A DNA stretch of 63,329 bases, the filler included, from Folioceros fuciformis (lineage: Eukaryota): assembly GCA_049999805.1 (NCBI GenBank). It is 13 parts of 13 records of this genome, joined end to end, with 100 filler letters (N's around TTAATTAATTAA, not from the genome) between each part and the next. Parts side by side here need not be neighbours in the genome. Positions count along the whole stretch, not along the records: positions 14,447 to 30,094 come from JBNGIO010001794.1; positions 30,195 to 33,075 come from JBNGIO010001795.1; positions 33,176 to 38,465 come from JBNGIO010001796.1; 10 more parts are not named here. One strand, 5' to 3'. Each line of letters begins with the position of its first letter. Within the stretch, counting starts at the first letter, position 1. Positions 23,078 to 36,454 of the stretch are shown here, piece after piece. A program made the position numbers and the translations under genes. The notes under the pieces were generated by a model, which made no database searches, was not told where the DNA came from, and saw only the letters and a list, made by a program, of their open reading frames with translations.

Positions 23078-26000
23078 TCATACATGGCAGCAGGTCACAG
23101 ATTTCTCCGCTTGCCACGTCTCCTTGCTGAGGTCCAAATCTTCCGCATCACCATCATCGTACCGAATCTGCATATCCATCCATCCCCCAACGGCAAGAAC
23201 ACCACCACTTAGTGGTCACCGTCAAGTTAAGCGAAACACCAACATATACTTCGGTACATATTAATGCACACATCCATCATTTCTGGGCATTTCGTCGTAC
23301 CATGATCCTTGCAACCACAGAAACTGAAAATTCAACTTACTTCGTGCCGTCTTGACTTGGACTTGTATCCAACTATCTCACCTCTGTAAAACCTGCAGTC
23401 ATGTCACAGGTACTGGTGAGGTGCAAAACAGGTCGAAGTACAGCATTCAAAACATTGCAAAAGCTTCGCATACTTTTGATCTAAGGGCCACCAAACTCCA
23501 ACACGACGCCCCACCCAGTTTGGAGCATCGTTAGGCTTGTAATGGACTGATTGCAGATCTGGGATGCTGTGAATGGACCCTGCTGTAAAGGGACTGCTGG
23601 ACAAGTTCACACCGCTTGCTCTGTGCAATTTCACTCCAAGCTGTCCCCTGCAATCCGTGGATCCACATTGGCATTGTTGATCGGTCCCAAACTGAATGAA
23701 CCTGCACAAAGGACACGGCGCTCTAAATTAAGAAACGCATCTGCAGACTCGACAGAAACCGAAGCTCACAAATTATTCGTGGATAGGTCCTCAAGATAAG
23801 AGACTAAAATAAGAGTCACTGGGAACTACACTTGCATCATGACGTTACAGTTTAGAGCCCACTTCATGGCACATAATCACAGACCACCTACTGATAGTCA
23901 TAAGTGATGCTTCCCCCTTTCTTCGTATCGCAGATTGCGAAGACACCGATCCTGATCTCTCCATCGATCTCCCTGCAAAAATGGTACACAATTGCCATGA
24001 ACCAGGTCGGCATTGTGGCCACGAGGCGTATGTAGAAAACAGTCCGGCATACTTATCTCCTCAGCAGAGCCACACACAAATCAGAAGCAAAGAGAAGACC
24101 ATGTCCACAGTCTTGAAGGGCTCGCTTTCTACGTAGCAACATGGAAAGCGCCAAAATATACTGACCACTTCTGAAGTTCGCAGTTTGGCTGGCAGCTATG
24201 ATTGATAAAACGCGACAAGTTGCCCTTAAATGTAGCATCAATGACCATTTCACGGTTGATCTCACACATGTAGAAGTTGGTTTCCCCTTGCGTTTTCATT
24301 GCCCACAGCCTCTCCTCGCAAGCCTTGTCATTAATTACTTAACAACCAGCGATAGTTGACTCAGTGCACATCAGCTATACTATCTAGCCACGCAAACCAT
24401 GGCAGCGTGAAAAGCTCCAAGAGTCAGCTGAATTACCTTCTCCCACGTATTCAATGAGAAAATCCCCAGCCTTGATGTCCTCATCGGCTTTAAGGCCCCA
24501 ACCACAGTTTTCAGTCTGCTCCCAAAAAAGTAAGTCAACCCTTACAGACTGTAACAACCTTCCAGGCCTTAGCTAGCTCACTGAAAGTAAATCATCGCAC
24601 CGTTGCAAATCGACACGAAGAATAAGGTGCGGGATTGTGACCTTCACAACTTTCAGCTTACGCCCAGGGCGCCTCTGGAATGGTACATTCTTACAAGAAT
24701 CGCCACATTCACATGAGCTGGAGCAGGTAGTAAACAACATTCTGCAATGACGAAACCATCCCAGATGTCATAGACAGTGGTGTACCTGTCTTACACACAG
24801 AAGGTGCATGTACAACTTAAAATCAAGTTGCGAGAATGTGGAACAAAGACGTCAAGTTGTGAGGAGATACCCACACAGGCAGTCCTTATCACATGCCGCT
24901 TTCGAGTCTGATGCAGGCTTGCATGGGCACTGCATGCATTCATCCTCCGACCTCTTCCTGGGCCTCTTTGCCAAATAAATATCTGACATTGGTAAAGGTA
25001 GCCTAAGAGCATCTCCGAAAGAACACATTATGCCCTACTCCACTTGCTCTCTCAAACACCTACTCAGAATCTAAAAGCAATTGTACCAGCATTGCAATCA
25101 CAAAAATGAGCATCGTCCATCAGCCACAACACCAGCATATGTTCATGAGCATTAGTACAACCTAACTACCGCCCATTAGCATTTCAAGACAACACATGGC
25201 CATGTGTGCCTCGAACAATGAGCTTTATTGATGCACATCCCTTGAAGAACAGATGATTGTCTATCTCAGTGGACTTCTCGAATCTACAGTATCCAAAACC
25301 ATATCCATGTCATTGTACACCAATCCTTTCTAAAGGAAGGCACAAACTACTATGCATCATTGTGAAGCGTTTGTCTTGTCAGATACTTCGCCTTAAGTGA
25401 GTATACGATGATGGCTTTCCATCAAGCTTCTTCACAGCCTCGTGGATGAACTGAGGAACTTGAAAGTCATTGCTCACACTGGGTAACGGTAGCAACTTGA
25501 AAAGGGTTTTCAGATCCCGTATTTGTTCACCATTCTGCAGCCACACAATTCCAAATTTCAACCCAAACAACGTTTTATGTCGGATACGGATCATTGAATG
25601 AGGGAATAGGTTTTCCAGCTTACTTGATTCTCATGCTTCCAGTCATCATCATGTTTCCAACAACTCATAAACCCTGGAACATCTTCAAGAAATTGTGTAC
25701 CATCTGGAGCACAGCCCTCATGGTATGCCACAGGGCAATATAGACAACGGTAGAGCCTTGACCTCTTAGGTGTCTTTGGGTGTCCACAAGCATCACAAAA
25801 GTGATGCGGACAGGTGAAGCCCGTGCTCTTTCTTGTAGCACTGGTCTTAGCTGGTTGAGGTCTCTCCCACTTCTTGGAACACTCTTCATGCAAAAACTTG
25901 CTACAGTTCTTGTATGAGCACATGAGAACATCCTTGTCCATAGACGTGAATACCTTGCAGTCAAAACACTCGACCTGGCAAACATATACAACCAAGGGAC

Positions 26001-29000
26001 GAGTCAGAATCCACATGAATGGAACCTCCAACGTGAATTGCATCAAAATAGTCACACAACCTCCGCTTCATACATTACCTTGTTCTCCACGCAATTGTCA
26101 CACATCCAAGGATCTGCTTCGGGAACTGCCTCCAACCCCAAGCAAGCTAAGTGGAATGCCTGCTTGCACTTCTCACAGCACAGCAGCTCACCAAATTCTT
26201 GGCAGAGTGCACAAAAGTATGCATAGCCATCATCTTCTCCAAATCTTCTACCCCTTCCTCCTCTAGGAGTTGTGCTCTTAGGCGTGGTCCTAGGTGTACT
26301 CTTAGTCGTGGCCTTAGATGTGCTTTTGGGTGGCGTTCTGGGAGTTGCCCTTGGTGCTATCCTGGGGGATGTCTTGGGGGGTGTCTTGGGTGGTGTTTTT
26401 GGCCTGGTTTTGAAGGTTATCTTCCTTGTTGACTTGCCCACAGCTGCAACTGGTGTAGCAACTGTACTCACCGCAGTAACAGTCGAAGGCGCAGCAACTG
26501 TCTTCCCCTTCTTAGACACCTTTTGCCCATCATCTGTATCATCTCTCTTCCGGTGACGTTTTCGTTTCCTGTGCCCACCTCTACGCTTAGTTTCTACAAC
26601 TGAATGTGCATCCTTGGACACTTCTGGTGCACTTTCGTCCTCCGCATCAGCTTCATCATGAGCTGGTGAAATATCACTTGGCCCTTTCTCCTGCACAGGA
26701 GAGCTTACATCCATGGCCTCAGGTCCATCTGGAAGGGAAGCTTCCTCCTCCTTACTCTTTACGTCCTTTTTGACAGCTGCACTATCCATTCCCACTTTAG
26801 TTCCACCCTGAGAGACCTGCCCATGATTTTGATGACGTTTCTTTTGCTTCCTGGATTTCTCTCGCTTTGTGGGCTTGGAAACAAGTGCTTCACCCTGCAC
26901 TTCTGTACCATCTGATGATATATTCTTCTCTTGCTGCTGGGTACTAACATTTGTTGTCACAGACACCTCGTGTGCTGCAGTCTTGAGATCTTTGATGTGA
27001 GACCTTCCTTCTTTCACAAGCTTCCCATTCCCAACCCCTGTCTCACCATGATGCACCTCAGCACGCTTTTCGCGGTGCTTACGCTTGTTACGCCTTGAAC
27101 CAGTAGATGGCTTGGCCTCCATGCCACTTTGTGTTTGCACCAAAGGAGCTGACTCCTTTGTCTCGTGGTTCTCCCTCACCTTATATGAAGCCTGACCTTC
27201 CACATCAGTGGATTCTACAGCAAAACCAGCATGGTCGGCATCCCCAGCCTGATCAGCATCATCACAGTGTGCCGACTTCAGGACACAATGGTCTGCGGAC
27301 ACCATGTCTACATCCTTCTCCTCAATATCCTCCCCCACACTCTTTACCTCGACACCCCTGACCTGCACAGGTACAGAGCCCTCTGCTTGCGATGGTACAC
27401 TGTCAGCAACTGTGACTGTACTATCTCCCTTCACCGGTACAGAAGCCTCAGCTTGCAATGGCACTGTGTCGGCAACTGTGATTGTACTATCTCCTGTCAC
27501 CTCCATACTCTTCACGTCTGGTTCTGAAAGTGGTAGAACTGGGGTCTTTGCTTCAGATTCTACTCTTTGAACAACACCCTCATAAGACTTTTCAACGTTC
27601 TCCAAAGAAGCCTGTGCATCTGTGGTCCCAGTTTCAACTTCTACTCCATCAGAAGGAGGACCAGAAGTATGCTGATAGTTTCTCAGGTCGTCCGAGGCAC
27701 TGGGTGCATTAGGCACGACTTCAGCAACTTGTTGTGAACCGTCATGATTTGCATCCTTGGAACCCTGAGCACTTTCGGACAACAACCCTGCAGGAGATAG
27801 CCCACCCACAAGAGACACCTTAATATTATTGGGGACTTCGCTATCCTTGGGGGTGCAGTCCACACCATCATCAAACATTTTGATGCCTGTTGCACCTGAT
27901 ACTTCAGACATCGGGGTATCTATAACCTGGACTTTGACGCTCAGGGCAGGATTATCGCCAGAGTCGTTATGCTCTTCATCTGCCTCTCCAGCTGACACCA
28001 AAAGGGTTTCTTCTGCTGCTACCTCCAACAACAGAGCAACATCTGGTTGCATGTCCTCCTGTTTTGTATCATGCAGGACTTCTGATGGGTCACCCGCAAG
28101 TGACAGGCCTTTTGTGTCATGCTCCTCTACCACAGTTGTAGATTTGTCATCGAGAGCTGAAAGTGGAGAATTTACTGCGTGCTGGTGTTCAATCTCATGG
28201 GACAATGCCTGACTTTCCTCACCTAAACTCCGATCTTGCATGCCTGCACCTGTCTCTTTCCTTGTATCTTTTTCTCCCACAACAGAGAGTTCAATGTCGT
28301 GAGTAACATGAGGGTGTCCCTCACTGCTCTGCGTGTTGGTGTCCTCTTTTGAACTGCCGTCAGATGAGATAAACACATCACTCAAAGACCTTTCCCTTTC
28401 CACATGCAGTTCTTCAGAAACTTGAATCTCGACGGGAATGGCACTGTTCGGGGAAGTCTTCTCCTCTGCCTCCACGCATAATTGAGACACAGTCTTCTGT
28501 TCCTCGTCAGCAGAAATGTGATGGCCATCCTCTATGAGCGCCTCATCTATTAACCTTTGCTCCACAACGTCAACCTCTGCTGAGGATGGGCTCAGTGTTT
28601 TGGATGACTCTTTAGCTATTCCCTCAACTACTCCACCAGTATCCATTTCCATCTCCTCGTACACGGAAATGTGGTTGGCAACCTCCATGATGACATCCTC
28701 GACTAGTCTTGGTTCCTCAACTTGCACATTGATTGTTCTGGGCAAATCTATGCACATGTCCGCAACTGTCCCACCTCCATCACGAAGAAGACAACTATCC
28801 TCCACTTCCCCAGAAGAAGTGCCCCTGACACTCTTGCCACCAATATCATTGGAAAGCAGTATAGATCCACACTCCGCCACAGCTACAACTGGAAGAAATA
28901 AGCTGCCATCCTGGAGATCACCAGAATCATTCAAAAAGTCCATCGTGTCCCTAGCCTCCCTCAGCAATAAAGAGTCTACTGCCACACTGTGAACCCCAGA

Positions 29001-29498
29001 CATTGCCTCCGCCTGCATGAAAACATCATCCTCTGCACTTAGCTCCGATTGTCGGACAGGTTTTGCCTCGGCTGGGAGATCACCATTCGGGCTTACAGCT
29101 AGTAAGTCAGGTTGAGACGACCGCATCCCAACAGTGGCCACGTCAACCCCGTCTCCAGCATGGTCATGCACTCCGGATGTTACCATAACAGGGTCATCTG
29201 AGCCTTCCACCGGAAACCCCAACTCTGCCATGAGTTCACCAGTCCCTTCCGTTGCATCCAGAGTGGGAGGGGAGCTCAATTCAGGTTCACTTTCCTGTGC
29301 CGCCAGGGTACACACTACATTCGCGGAACCCTCTCCATCCGCAGGCACGAGGGCCTTCACCTCCTCTACCTCAACAAAAACTTCGGCCGGACCATTTCCT
29401 GCACCATTCTCAACATTCACCAGGTTGCCACCAGCCACATCCTCCAGGCTCTGGCCCGAATCCTTCCCACTCTCCTCCTTACTGCCGTCCTCCAACAT
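23078..29498 (-). CDS. ASHH3: Histone-lysine (H3K36-type) N-methyltransferase, ASHH3/ASHR3 family: acidic N-terminus, PHD fingers, AWS-SET-postSET, C-terminal Tudor
   Basis: GT-AG exons: 29498-26079, 25974-25624, 25534-25387, 24982-24871, 24741-24642, 24515-24437, ~24337-24166, ~23972-23892, 23701-23474, 23392-23341, 23167-23078. Motifs: FCALCQEFGELLCCEKCKQAFHLAC, CLCGMLFTTCSSSCECG, GWGL..IEYVGEVI, MVIDATFKGNLSRFINHSCQPN, ITYDYQFIQFG..CQCGSTDCRG, VGRRVGVWWPLDQKFY..IRYDDGDAE. Confidence 0.9.
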
Positions 29499-30194
29499 CT
29501 CCCCCGATCCCAGCAACCCCGCCTGACAGACCGAGGCCGGCCACAACCTAAATAGCCCCCACTCACAGTGCCTCAAAACGTCGCACAGCTCCACCACCCA
29601 AGATGCGGACCCTCAACAGGCTCCCAAGCGTTTCTTGCTGAAGCTTTACCATATCCAAGGCCACGATTGACAGAGCCGTAAGATGCCATCCAGGACCAGG
29701 AAAAGAACTTACAGGCTGCAAACACAGTGCCACGCACCCTTTTAGCTCACCTCACTTGAGGCTCTCTCTCTGTACAAACTCACGGAACAACAGAGCAAGC
29801 AGCATGGCCACAAACATGTGATCAGTTTACCAACAATTCTCCCACGCCAATATAGTCACCCAAAAAACCCCGCTTATGGAAGCATAACAAACCCCACCAC
29901 GATTGAGGTAAAGAAACCATGAAACACAGACTGTACAAACCCCGGAAGCCCAACTCTTGAGCTCCTAACAAGAAACCGGCCAAACAGACCAACAAGGAGC
30001 CCACCAAAAATGACTTGCGCCAGCAGACCTTCTTGCCCCCTTACACATTTGTGCTGAAGGCTACAATTCAAGCCAAACATGGCAAAAGCCGTGTNNNNNN
30101 NNNNNNNNNNNNNNNNNNNNNNNNNNNNNNNNNNNNNNTTAATTAATTAANNNNNNNNNNNNNNNNNNNNNNNNNNNNNNNNNNNNNNNNNNNN

Positions 30195-30496
30195 GCACTC
30201 GAAGAATGAGGCGGCACCCTACTCTGCACCCAGGTCATTCCGAGTACGGCGGCGCCTGCCCTAAACCGAACACCGTTAACGTCCGGTTTAAGAGGGGGTG
30301 TTAGAAGCACACTTAGTACCCATAACCATGCTTAAGCATAAGTGTTAGGTAAACGCGGACGAAACGGAACGATCGTTAAGGGTGAAACGGTTAGGCACGC
30401 AAGCTGCTATTTCTGCTGGTTAGGCATGCAAGCCGCTATTTAAGCAGAAATACTTATAAGAAAACTTTGATCTTTATTATATTATTATAAACTACA
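30195..30496 (+). mobile_element. Copia-type PPT and short 3' LTR
   Basis: GGTTTAAGAGGGGG followed by TGTTAG (30299) ... CTACA (30496). Same PPT context as 4531-4548. Confidence 0.7.
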
Positions 30497-30529
30497 TGAA
30501 GAACTAATCCTAGAATCGCTATGCTCTCT

Positions 30530-31090
30530 AATTGCTATATTGTCAAAGGGCCTAAAGTGAGCCATCGCAAAGAGGACTTTCTCCAAAGGGATCTCCTTGC
30601 TTTGTGCCTTTCGCTAAATCAAGCATCAAAACCCCCTTCACCACCAGCCCATATGAATAGTAGAGAAGCGAAAATGACTTGTAGAGAAAACGAACAAAAT
30701 GAATAAAGCTTGCCATCTGCCCATTTGTGCTCAAAAGCTCATCAAAGATAGTTGCCCTAAATATTGTATTGAAAGCATTCTCTACATCCAAGCGTAGGGC
30801 AACCCAATCTGGGTGAGACTAAAGAACCATTGAAACCCCACATGCAACCGATTCGTAGCCTCTCAAAGTCACAATCTTGACTTAATGTGGACTAAGATGA
30901 GCCTGGAAGTGTTATGGGAGCTGAATGAGAATACTCCAATTGATGAGCTGCAAGAAAGCCTCTTCCTCAATGAGCAGATGCACCCCTAGAGTAGCCTCTC
31001 CATAGCTAGCAATCTACTAGAACCCAAAACCTTGTGAAACTTGAGGGGCAACTTCCCCTCTTCCAACTATAGTGGCTAGAAGAAAAAGCT
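30530..31090 (-). mobile_element. Decayed non-LTR retrotransposon reverse transcriptase (CRE/RLE-type)
   Basis: Translation LGSSRLLAM...HLSPH*..RGYESVACGV...HPDWVALRLDVENAFNTIFR...GTKQGDP contains the non-LTR RT motifs DxxNAFN and GxxQGDP. Confidence 0.75.
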
Positions 31091-31730
31091 CTAAAAAAAC
31101 AATAAAGGGATACTAAAAAAAAATAAAAGTCTCCAATGTGGTCATAGATTGCCCCTGACAAACCCTACAAAGAAATGTAAGGGCCAGCCCCAATATATTT
31201 ACCACCCAAATTAAATAAAAAAACAGTTTATGCAATAAAATTCAAGACTTCCTTTGAAATAGAGAATCTCATTGCTAGATATAGGATACATAAAGCTGTG
31301 ATGATCGTCTTAAATGCCTAAGCCATTGTCTTAAACAGAGGGTCTATTAGGCCCTCTGTTTGCTGGGACGTATGCTTAGTAAGCATACTTTGTAGTACGA
31401 CCGAGCAAAAAGCTCCTCTCAAGACTTGCCTTGGTAGGGTCAAGATGGACCTCGTCCATCTTAGCAAAATCTAACCGAGACCTAATGACACGATTAAACT
31501 CCTCTTCAAGGCTCTACTCATCTGCATAATGAAAACGTCAGATGCAAGAAGCCACCTCATAATGGCCCGAGACACACTCCTCCCCAAGCAACAAAAACAC
31601 CACTTAGGAAGAAAAGGGAACAGAAAAGCCAAAGCAGCCTCATCTTGGGGATTCAACACTATCCGTTCTTAAGGAAGTCAATAAGCCAAGACTCTAGAAA
31701 AGGAGTGTGAAGGTTACTCGTTCCTGTAGC

Positions 31731-31938
31731 CCTAGGGACTACCAAAGAAGAAGCTTGTTGAAGTTGGGCCTTTTATGTAGTTTAATTGAAGTCCTTATGC
31801 CTAGGGACTACCAAAGAAGAAGGTTGTTGAAGTTGGCCTTTTATGTAGTTTAATTGAAGTCGTTATGCCTAGGGACTACCAAAGAAGAAGCTTATTGAAG
31901 TTGGGCCTTTTATGTAGTTTAATTGAAGTCCTTATGCC
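31731..31938. repeat. ~69-bp tandem repeat, 3 copies
   Basis: CCTAGGGACTACCAAAGAAGAAGCTTGTTGAAGTTGGGCCTTTTATGTAGTTTAATTGAAGTCCTTATG three times with few mismatches. Confidence 0.95.
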
Positions 31939-32619
31939 TTAAACTTATATGATTTTCAACGTCTCGAGATGTGAATAGTATTCAACATTCAAGGCAAGGG
32001 GTGTCCTTAGTGGAAGTTGACGAAACAAGACCCATGCTTAAAAAGATTAGTAACAAAAGGACTCAAGAAAGAAGACTCCTTCGCTTGCTCCAAAACCAAC
32101 TCACTCTCGTCTCGCTCCTTAAACCTCATAACCATAAGATAATAAATCCTCAAAAATAGATTAAAAAAAGAAAGAACAAATTCCTAATAGTCTAAACCCA
32201 ACCACACTTGAGCTCAAAGCCCTTTCCAAATGGAGAACAAAGCAATAAAGGCCTCAGTCATGACACATCTTATGGCCCTTGCTCTACTCTTCTCGCCTAG
32301 CTCAATATAGACAATGTGTACCTTTACCAACCTGCATATGCATGGGAGTTGTGTACCTATACTTACTTATGTATATTGGAAGTTGAGTATTTTTACTCAC
32401 CTATGTGCATATACAAGTTGAGTACTTGTATCATACCTACATACGTCGGGGTCCTGTGTACCTTTACCTAATGATATACGTATGGTGAGCCAATACTGCC
32501 TTCCTCACATTGACACAAACACACATCCAAACGTTTGCTTGAAGACCCTCTCATGGAAACAATAAAGCACCTCCTGGAAACAATCGCGCATGATGGCAAA
32601 ACAAAGAAGGCCCATTCCT

Positions 32620-33620
32620 AAGCCCTACTTCCATGCTCCATCACCACTCAACACCCTACTATCACCCAACACTCTACGCTCCATCACCACGCCACCACCC
32701 AACCCTTTATCCTCCCTTAACATGCCACACCCAATGAACACTTTGGCACCATCCTACCACTGTCGTATTATCCATCACCACCCAACACCCTACCACCACC
32801 CAATGCTCCATGCTCCCTCCATCACCACACCATCATTGAACACCTTATGTTCCATTACTACCTCCCCACTTCACGTTTTCATGCCGCCCTATGCTCCACG
32901 CTCCCTCTATCACCACACCGTCATTGAATATCTTACGCTCTACACTCCATCACTACCACGCCCTTCACGCCCGACTACCGCCCTACACTCCACGCTCCCC
33001 CGCCATCACCACACCCACCATTAAATAGCTTACGCTCTACGCTCCGTCACTACCACCCCCTTAACGCCCTACTACNNNNNNNNNNNNNNNNNNNNNNNNN
33101 NNNNNNNNNNNNNNNNNNNTTAATTAATTAANNNNNNNNNNNNNNNNNNNNNNNNNNNNNNNNNNNNNNNNNNNNAACACCTGCACTCTTATCACCAACA
33201 CCTGCACTCTTATCACCAACACTACGCAATGCCCTACCATTGCCCAACATTCATCAGCAGCCTCATCAATTAACACCATACCACTGCCCTACACTCCATC
33301 ACGAGCACCAATAACACAACTTAATGCCATACCATTGCCCAACATTCATTAGCAGCCTCATCAAATTAACACCCTGCCCTACGCTCCATCACGAACACCA
33401 AGTTATGCCCCAACACAACTTACGAACACCAATTTATGCCCCAACACAACTTAATGCCATACCATTGCCCAATGCCCCAACACCACTTAATGCCATACCA
33501 TTGCCCAACTTTCCATCATTGCACCACTCTACCCATGCCTTGGCCTGCCCAACTTTCATCATTGCACCACTCTATCCATGCCTTGGCCCATGACATGCTT
33601 CACCACCACATCACACCATA
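32620..33620. repeat. C/A-rich degenerate minisatellites on both sides of a contig linker
   Basis: Recurring CTCCATCACCAC, ATGCCATACCATTGCCCAA and AACACCTGCACTCTTATCACC units. Confidence 0.75.
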
Positions 33621-34372
33621 TAGAGCTTTCATATTTAATGTTCACACATACCAACACTAGACTTTCTTGTATAGACAAGATGTCAATGTTATGAATAATA
33701 AATATCATAATATTATCAATTAAATATTTATATCAATTATATAATATTATTTTCTCAATATTCTACATATACATATATAATATATTATTTTATTTTAATG
33801 CTATTTTATTTAAAGGCCCTTCGAACCAATGCACATATGTCAATAAAATGTGAAAATGTGTGAGATCAAAACATGATAATTACATGCAATAAATTCATTA
33901 AAATAAATATTAAGATAAATAAACCAATCACAAAATTAATTCATGGCTTCCTTAATTCACAGCCTTTCTTCACTTGGACTACTCCACTTGAGGTAGAGAA
34001 GATTGATCCCATGAAATTGCAGTTGAAGTGAAATAAACTTCCCTCATGAAACTCCAGTTTAGGCACTACAGATACGTCAGGGTCTAATTCAAAAGATTTC
34101 CCCGAATGAAACTGAAGTCTTGGTGTTATAAGTTGCTCCAATGAAACTGCACTTGAGGTCTAAAAATATTGCTCTAGTCACAACTCAAACCTGGGCAGCT
34201 CCCATTTAACGTTGTGGAAGCAACAAAAATTAGAATGCAAATATGGGAAAGAGAAAACAACATGTTCATACTTCAGAAACGATAAGGAACAGGTCCCTTT
34301 CACGGGCACGCCTAGTGGTGTTCGTGCCGGTCGTGTCAAGGATAGCGTGCAAGCAATGGACTTCACCTTGAG

Positions 34373-35634
34373 CTACTTGCCCTGAACGGCTCTTACTCGG
34401 TTGTCTCTGGCAAACTCAGCAAAGCGTTCCAAGTCCGCTTTCAGGATACTTTCTACCAGCGGCGACAAGGCCTGCACAGACACAGAGGCAGCAGCAGATG
34501 TCATCGTTTCCTCACTTCACCTACTTCTTTACTGCATGGAGATGCTAGACGCGGCAGAGGCACAAACGTGTACCGAGATCAACCCTGCTAGTTGTTCAGG
34601 CACCTCGTAGGAGATGGTCAGCTGCAAACGTCAGCAACAAACTACGTGGATCAGAGGCGTGGACCATGGATGGTTGCATTCCCAGAGGAGCTTACACCAA
34701 CCTGGACAGCACATGCTGATGGCCCGCGGGGAAAGAAGCGCACGGCACCACTGCAATAAAGGCAGTTACCTCCTTCAGCACACGAGCGCTGGGAATCACA
34801 CACGGCGAGCACAAGGAAATGAGATACCGCAGGCACACCTATTTGGGAGGCCGTCAACGGAGCGCCAATGAATCTTCTGATGGTGAATCGGCTGCAATGC
34901 ACCCACGGCAGCACAGGTTCAGGACATCGCAGGCCGCTAGTGTAAAGGATCAGCAGGACGATATGCTACAACCTGCATGTTTCGTGCCAGCCATGAAAAT
35001 TCCACTTTCTGTCCCAAGCCTTCGTACTGGAGAGTCCATTTCGACAGCTCCGGTTTGTCTTTCAGCACCTGAGCAATCAACAGTGCCGGAATCAACACAC
35101 ATGTACAGGGGTGCCGCGTGCTTATAACTCAGCAGCTGCCCCGCATGTACATGCCTCCACGGACGTGATCCATGGCATCCATCGGTTCACCCCTTCCCTA
35201 TCCTCCCACAAAGCCCAGGCCTCCTGCAACGGCACTTGGGTCTCCACTTGGGCCCTGCGCCACCGCGTTCACAAATCATCCTCGAATCCCACATGCTGGC
35301 CGGGCATTAGGGTTAAGGAAAGGGAGCCATTGCCATGGCAGACGTACGAGGAATCAAGCCATGTGCCTGCGCTCCATCGGCTCCCGTTGCCGGCAATCCC
35401 CACCAAGCCTCTTCCACCCACAAGCGTCCTGCTTGGCAGGACCACGCTGCGCCTCTTGAGGGCAAGACCGGGCGTCTGCACGATACTTGAGGTCGCAGGA
35501 AGACTGTGGCAGCCTGCGCGGGGTGCACCAAGCAAAGTCGTGGACGAAGAATGGGTCAAGCAACCTGCACCTGCTATGGGTGTACAGAACCCAACGGTAC
35601 GGCTACAAGACACACTTGGGATGAAGACCTCCAT
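34373..35634 (-). CDS. Polyketide cyclase/dehydrase and lipid transport (SRPBCC/START-like) protein, probably plastid-targeted
   Basis: Seven exons: 35634-35348, 35254-35155, 35068-~34973, ~34891-34839, ~34749-34701, ~34621-34574, 34471-34373. Joined translation: ...WLDSSAQVETQVPLQEAWALWEDREGVNRWMPWITSVEVLKDKPELSKWTLQYEGLGQKVEFSWLARNMQPIHHQKIHWRSVDGLPNSGAVRFFPRGPSACAVQLTISYEVPEQLAGLISALSPLVESILKADLERFAEFA. The Ser/Thr/Arg-rich N-terminus resembles a transit peptide. Confidence 0.9.
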
Positions 35635-36454
35635 GCCCTTGAGTCCGCCTGCACCCGCGGCAGAGACGGTGGCCCTCAGGGTTATCAAAACTGCATCTGC
35701 TCAAGTGTTCGGGTGGTTCCCTTGTTTAGATACGACCACGTCACACCAATCGTTTGCCAGTCCTGCAAACGAGTATCAAAGAAAGAATCGGCGACATTTT
35801 GCGGCGAGAGGTCCTACGACACCGCGTTCCGATAGCATTATGGCCAAACAAAAAAAATGGGATCGACTTGAAATTATTTCAGCACTAAATATGTGCTTCA
35901 TATCCGCACATACAACGGGAACAAATTGAATTGTATCAAGTGAATGAATTTGCTGTTAAGACCCAACCCCCCCCCCCATAACAACTTCTGTTAGAAACCC
36001 CTCTCCGTCCAAACTCCAACTATGCACCTGGATTCGTATCTACGAGTTGATGACGTACCCAAGCCAGAGCTGAGACTACGTAGGGTGCGCCCCAAGTTAT
36101 CTACCTATAGTACAAAGAGAGGTCAATGAAATAGATGCCTCTCGTCCCATTTCGAAGTCCTCCACGTAAATGTCGAGAGCTGCAGCAGAGTCCTCAACCT
36201 GACGACAGCAGCCCCAGTGAGAGAAAAATGCGCATCCAATGCATTGCCCCGACGAAAACCCTTTCACCCCGTAATGGTGATCAGAACACTGTCAAGGCTC
36301 TGTAAAATACATACATCTACCTAACTGCTGCAACAGGCTTCAGATCACTTCCACATTTTGGCACCCTGTGTGTAAGACAAAAGTGGGGACACCGCAAAAC
36401 AACCCTGCTGCCTGCGACACACCCCGTCCTCTATACAGCCGCTCTTTCATGGGT

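Noticed and set aside
31731-31938. Regular repeats resembling a CRISPR array
   Set aside because: Head-to-tail tandem units with no unique spacers; eukaryotic context and no cas genes.
32590-33660. Pro/His-rich ORFs
   Set aside because: Products of C/A-rich low-complexity repeats.
35111-35929. 272-aa plus-strand ORF
   Set aside because: Antisense shadow of the GC-rich SRPBCC gene on the minus strand; no recognisable domain.
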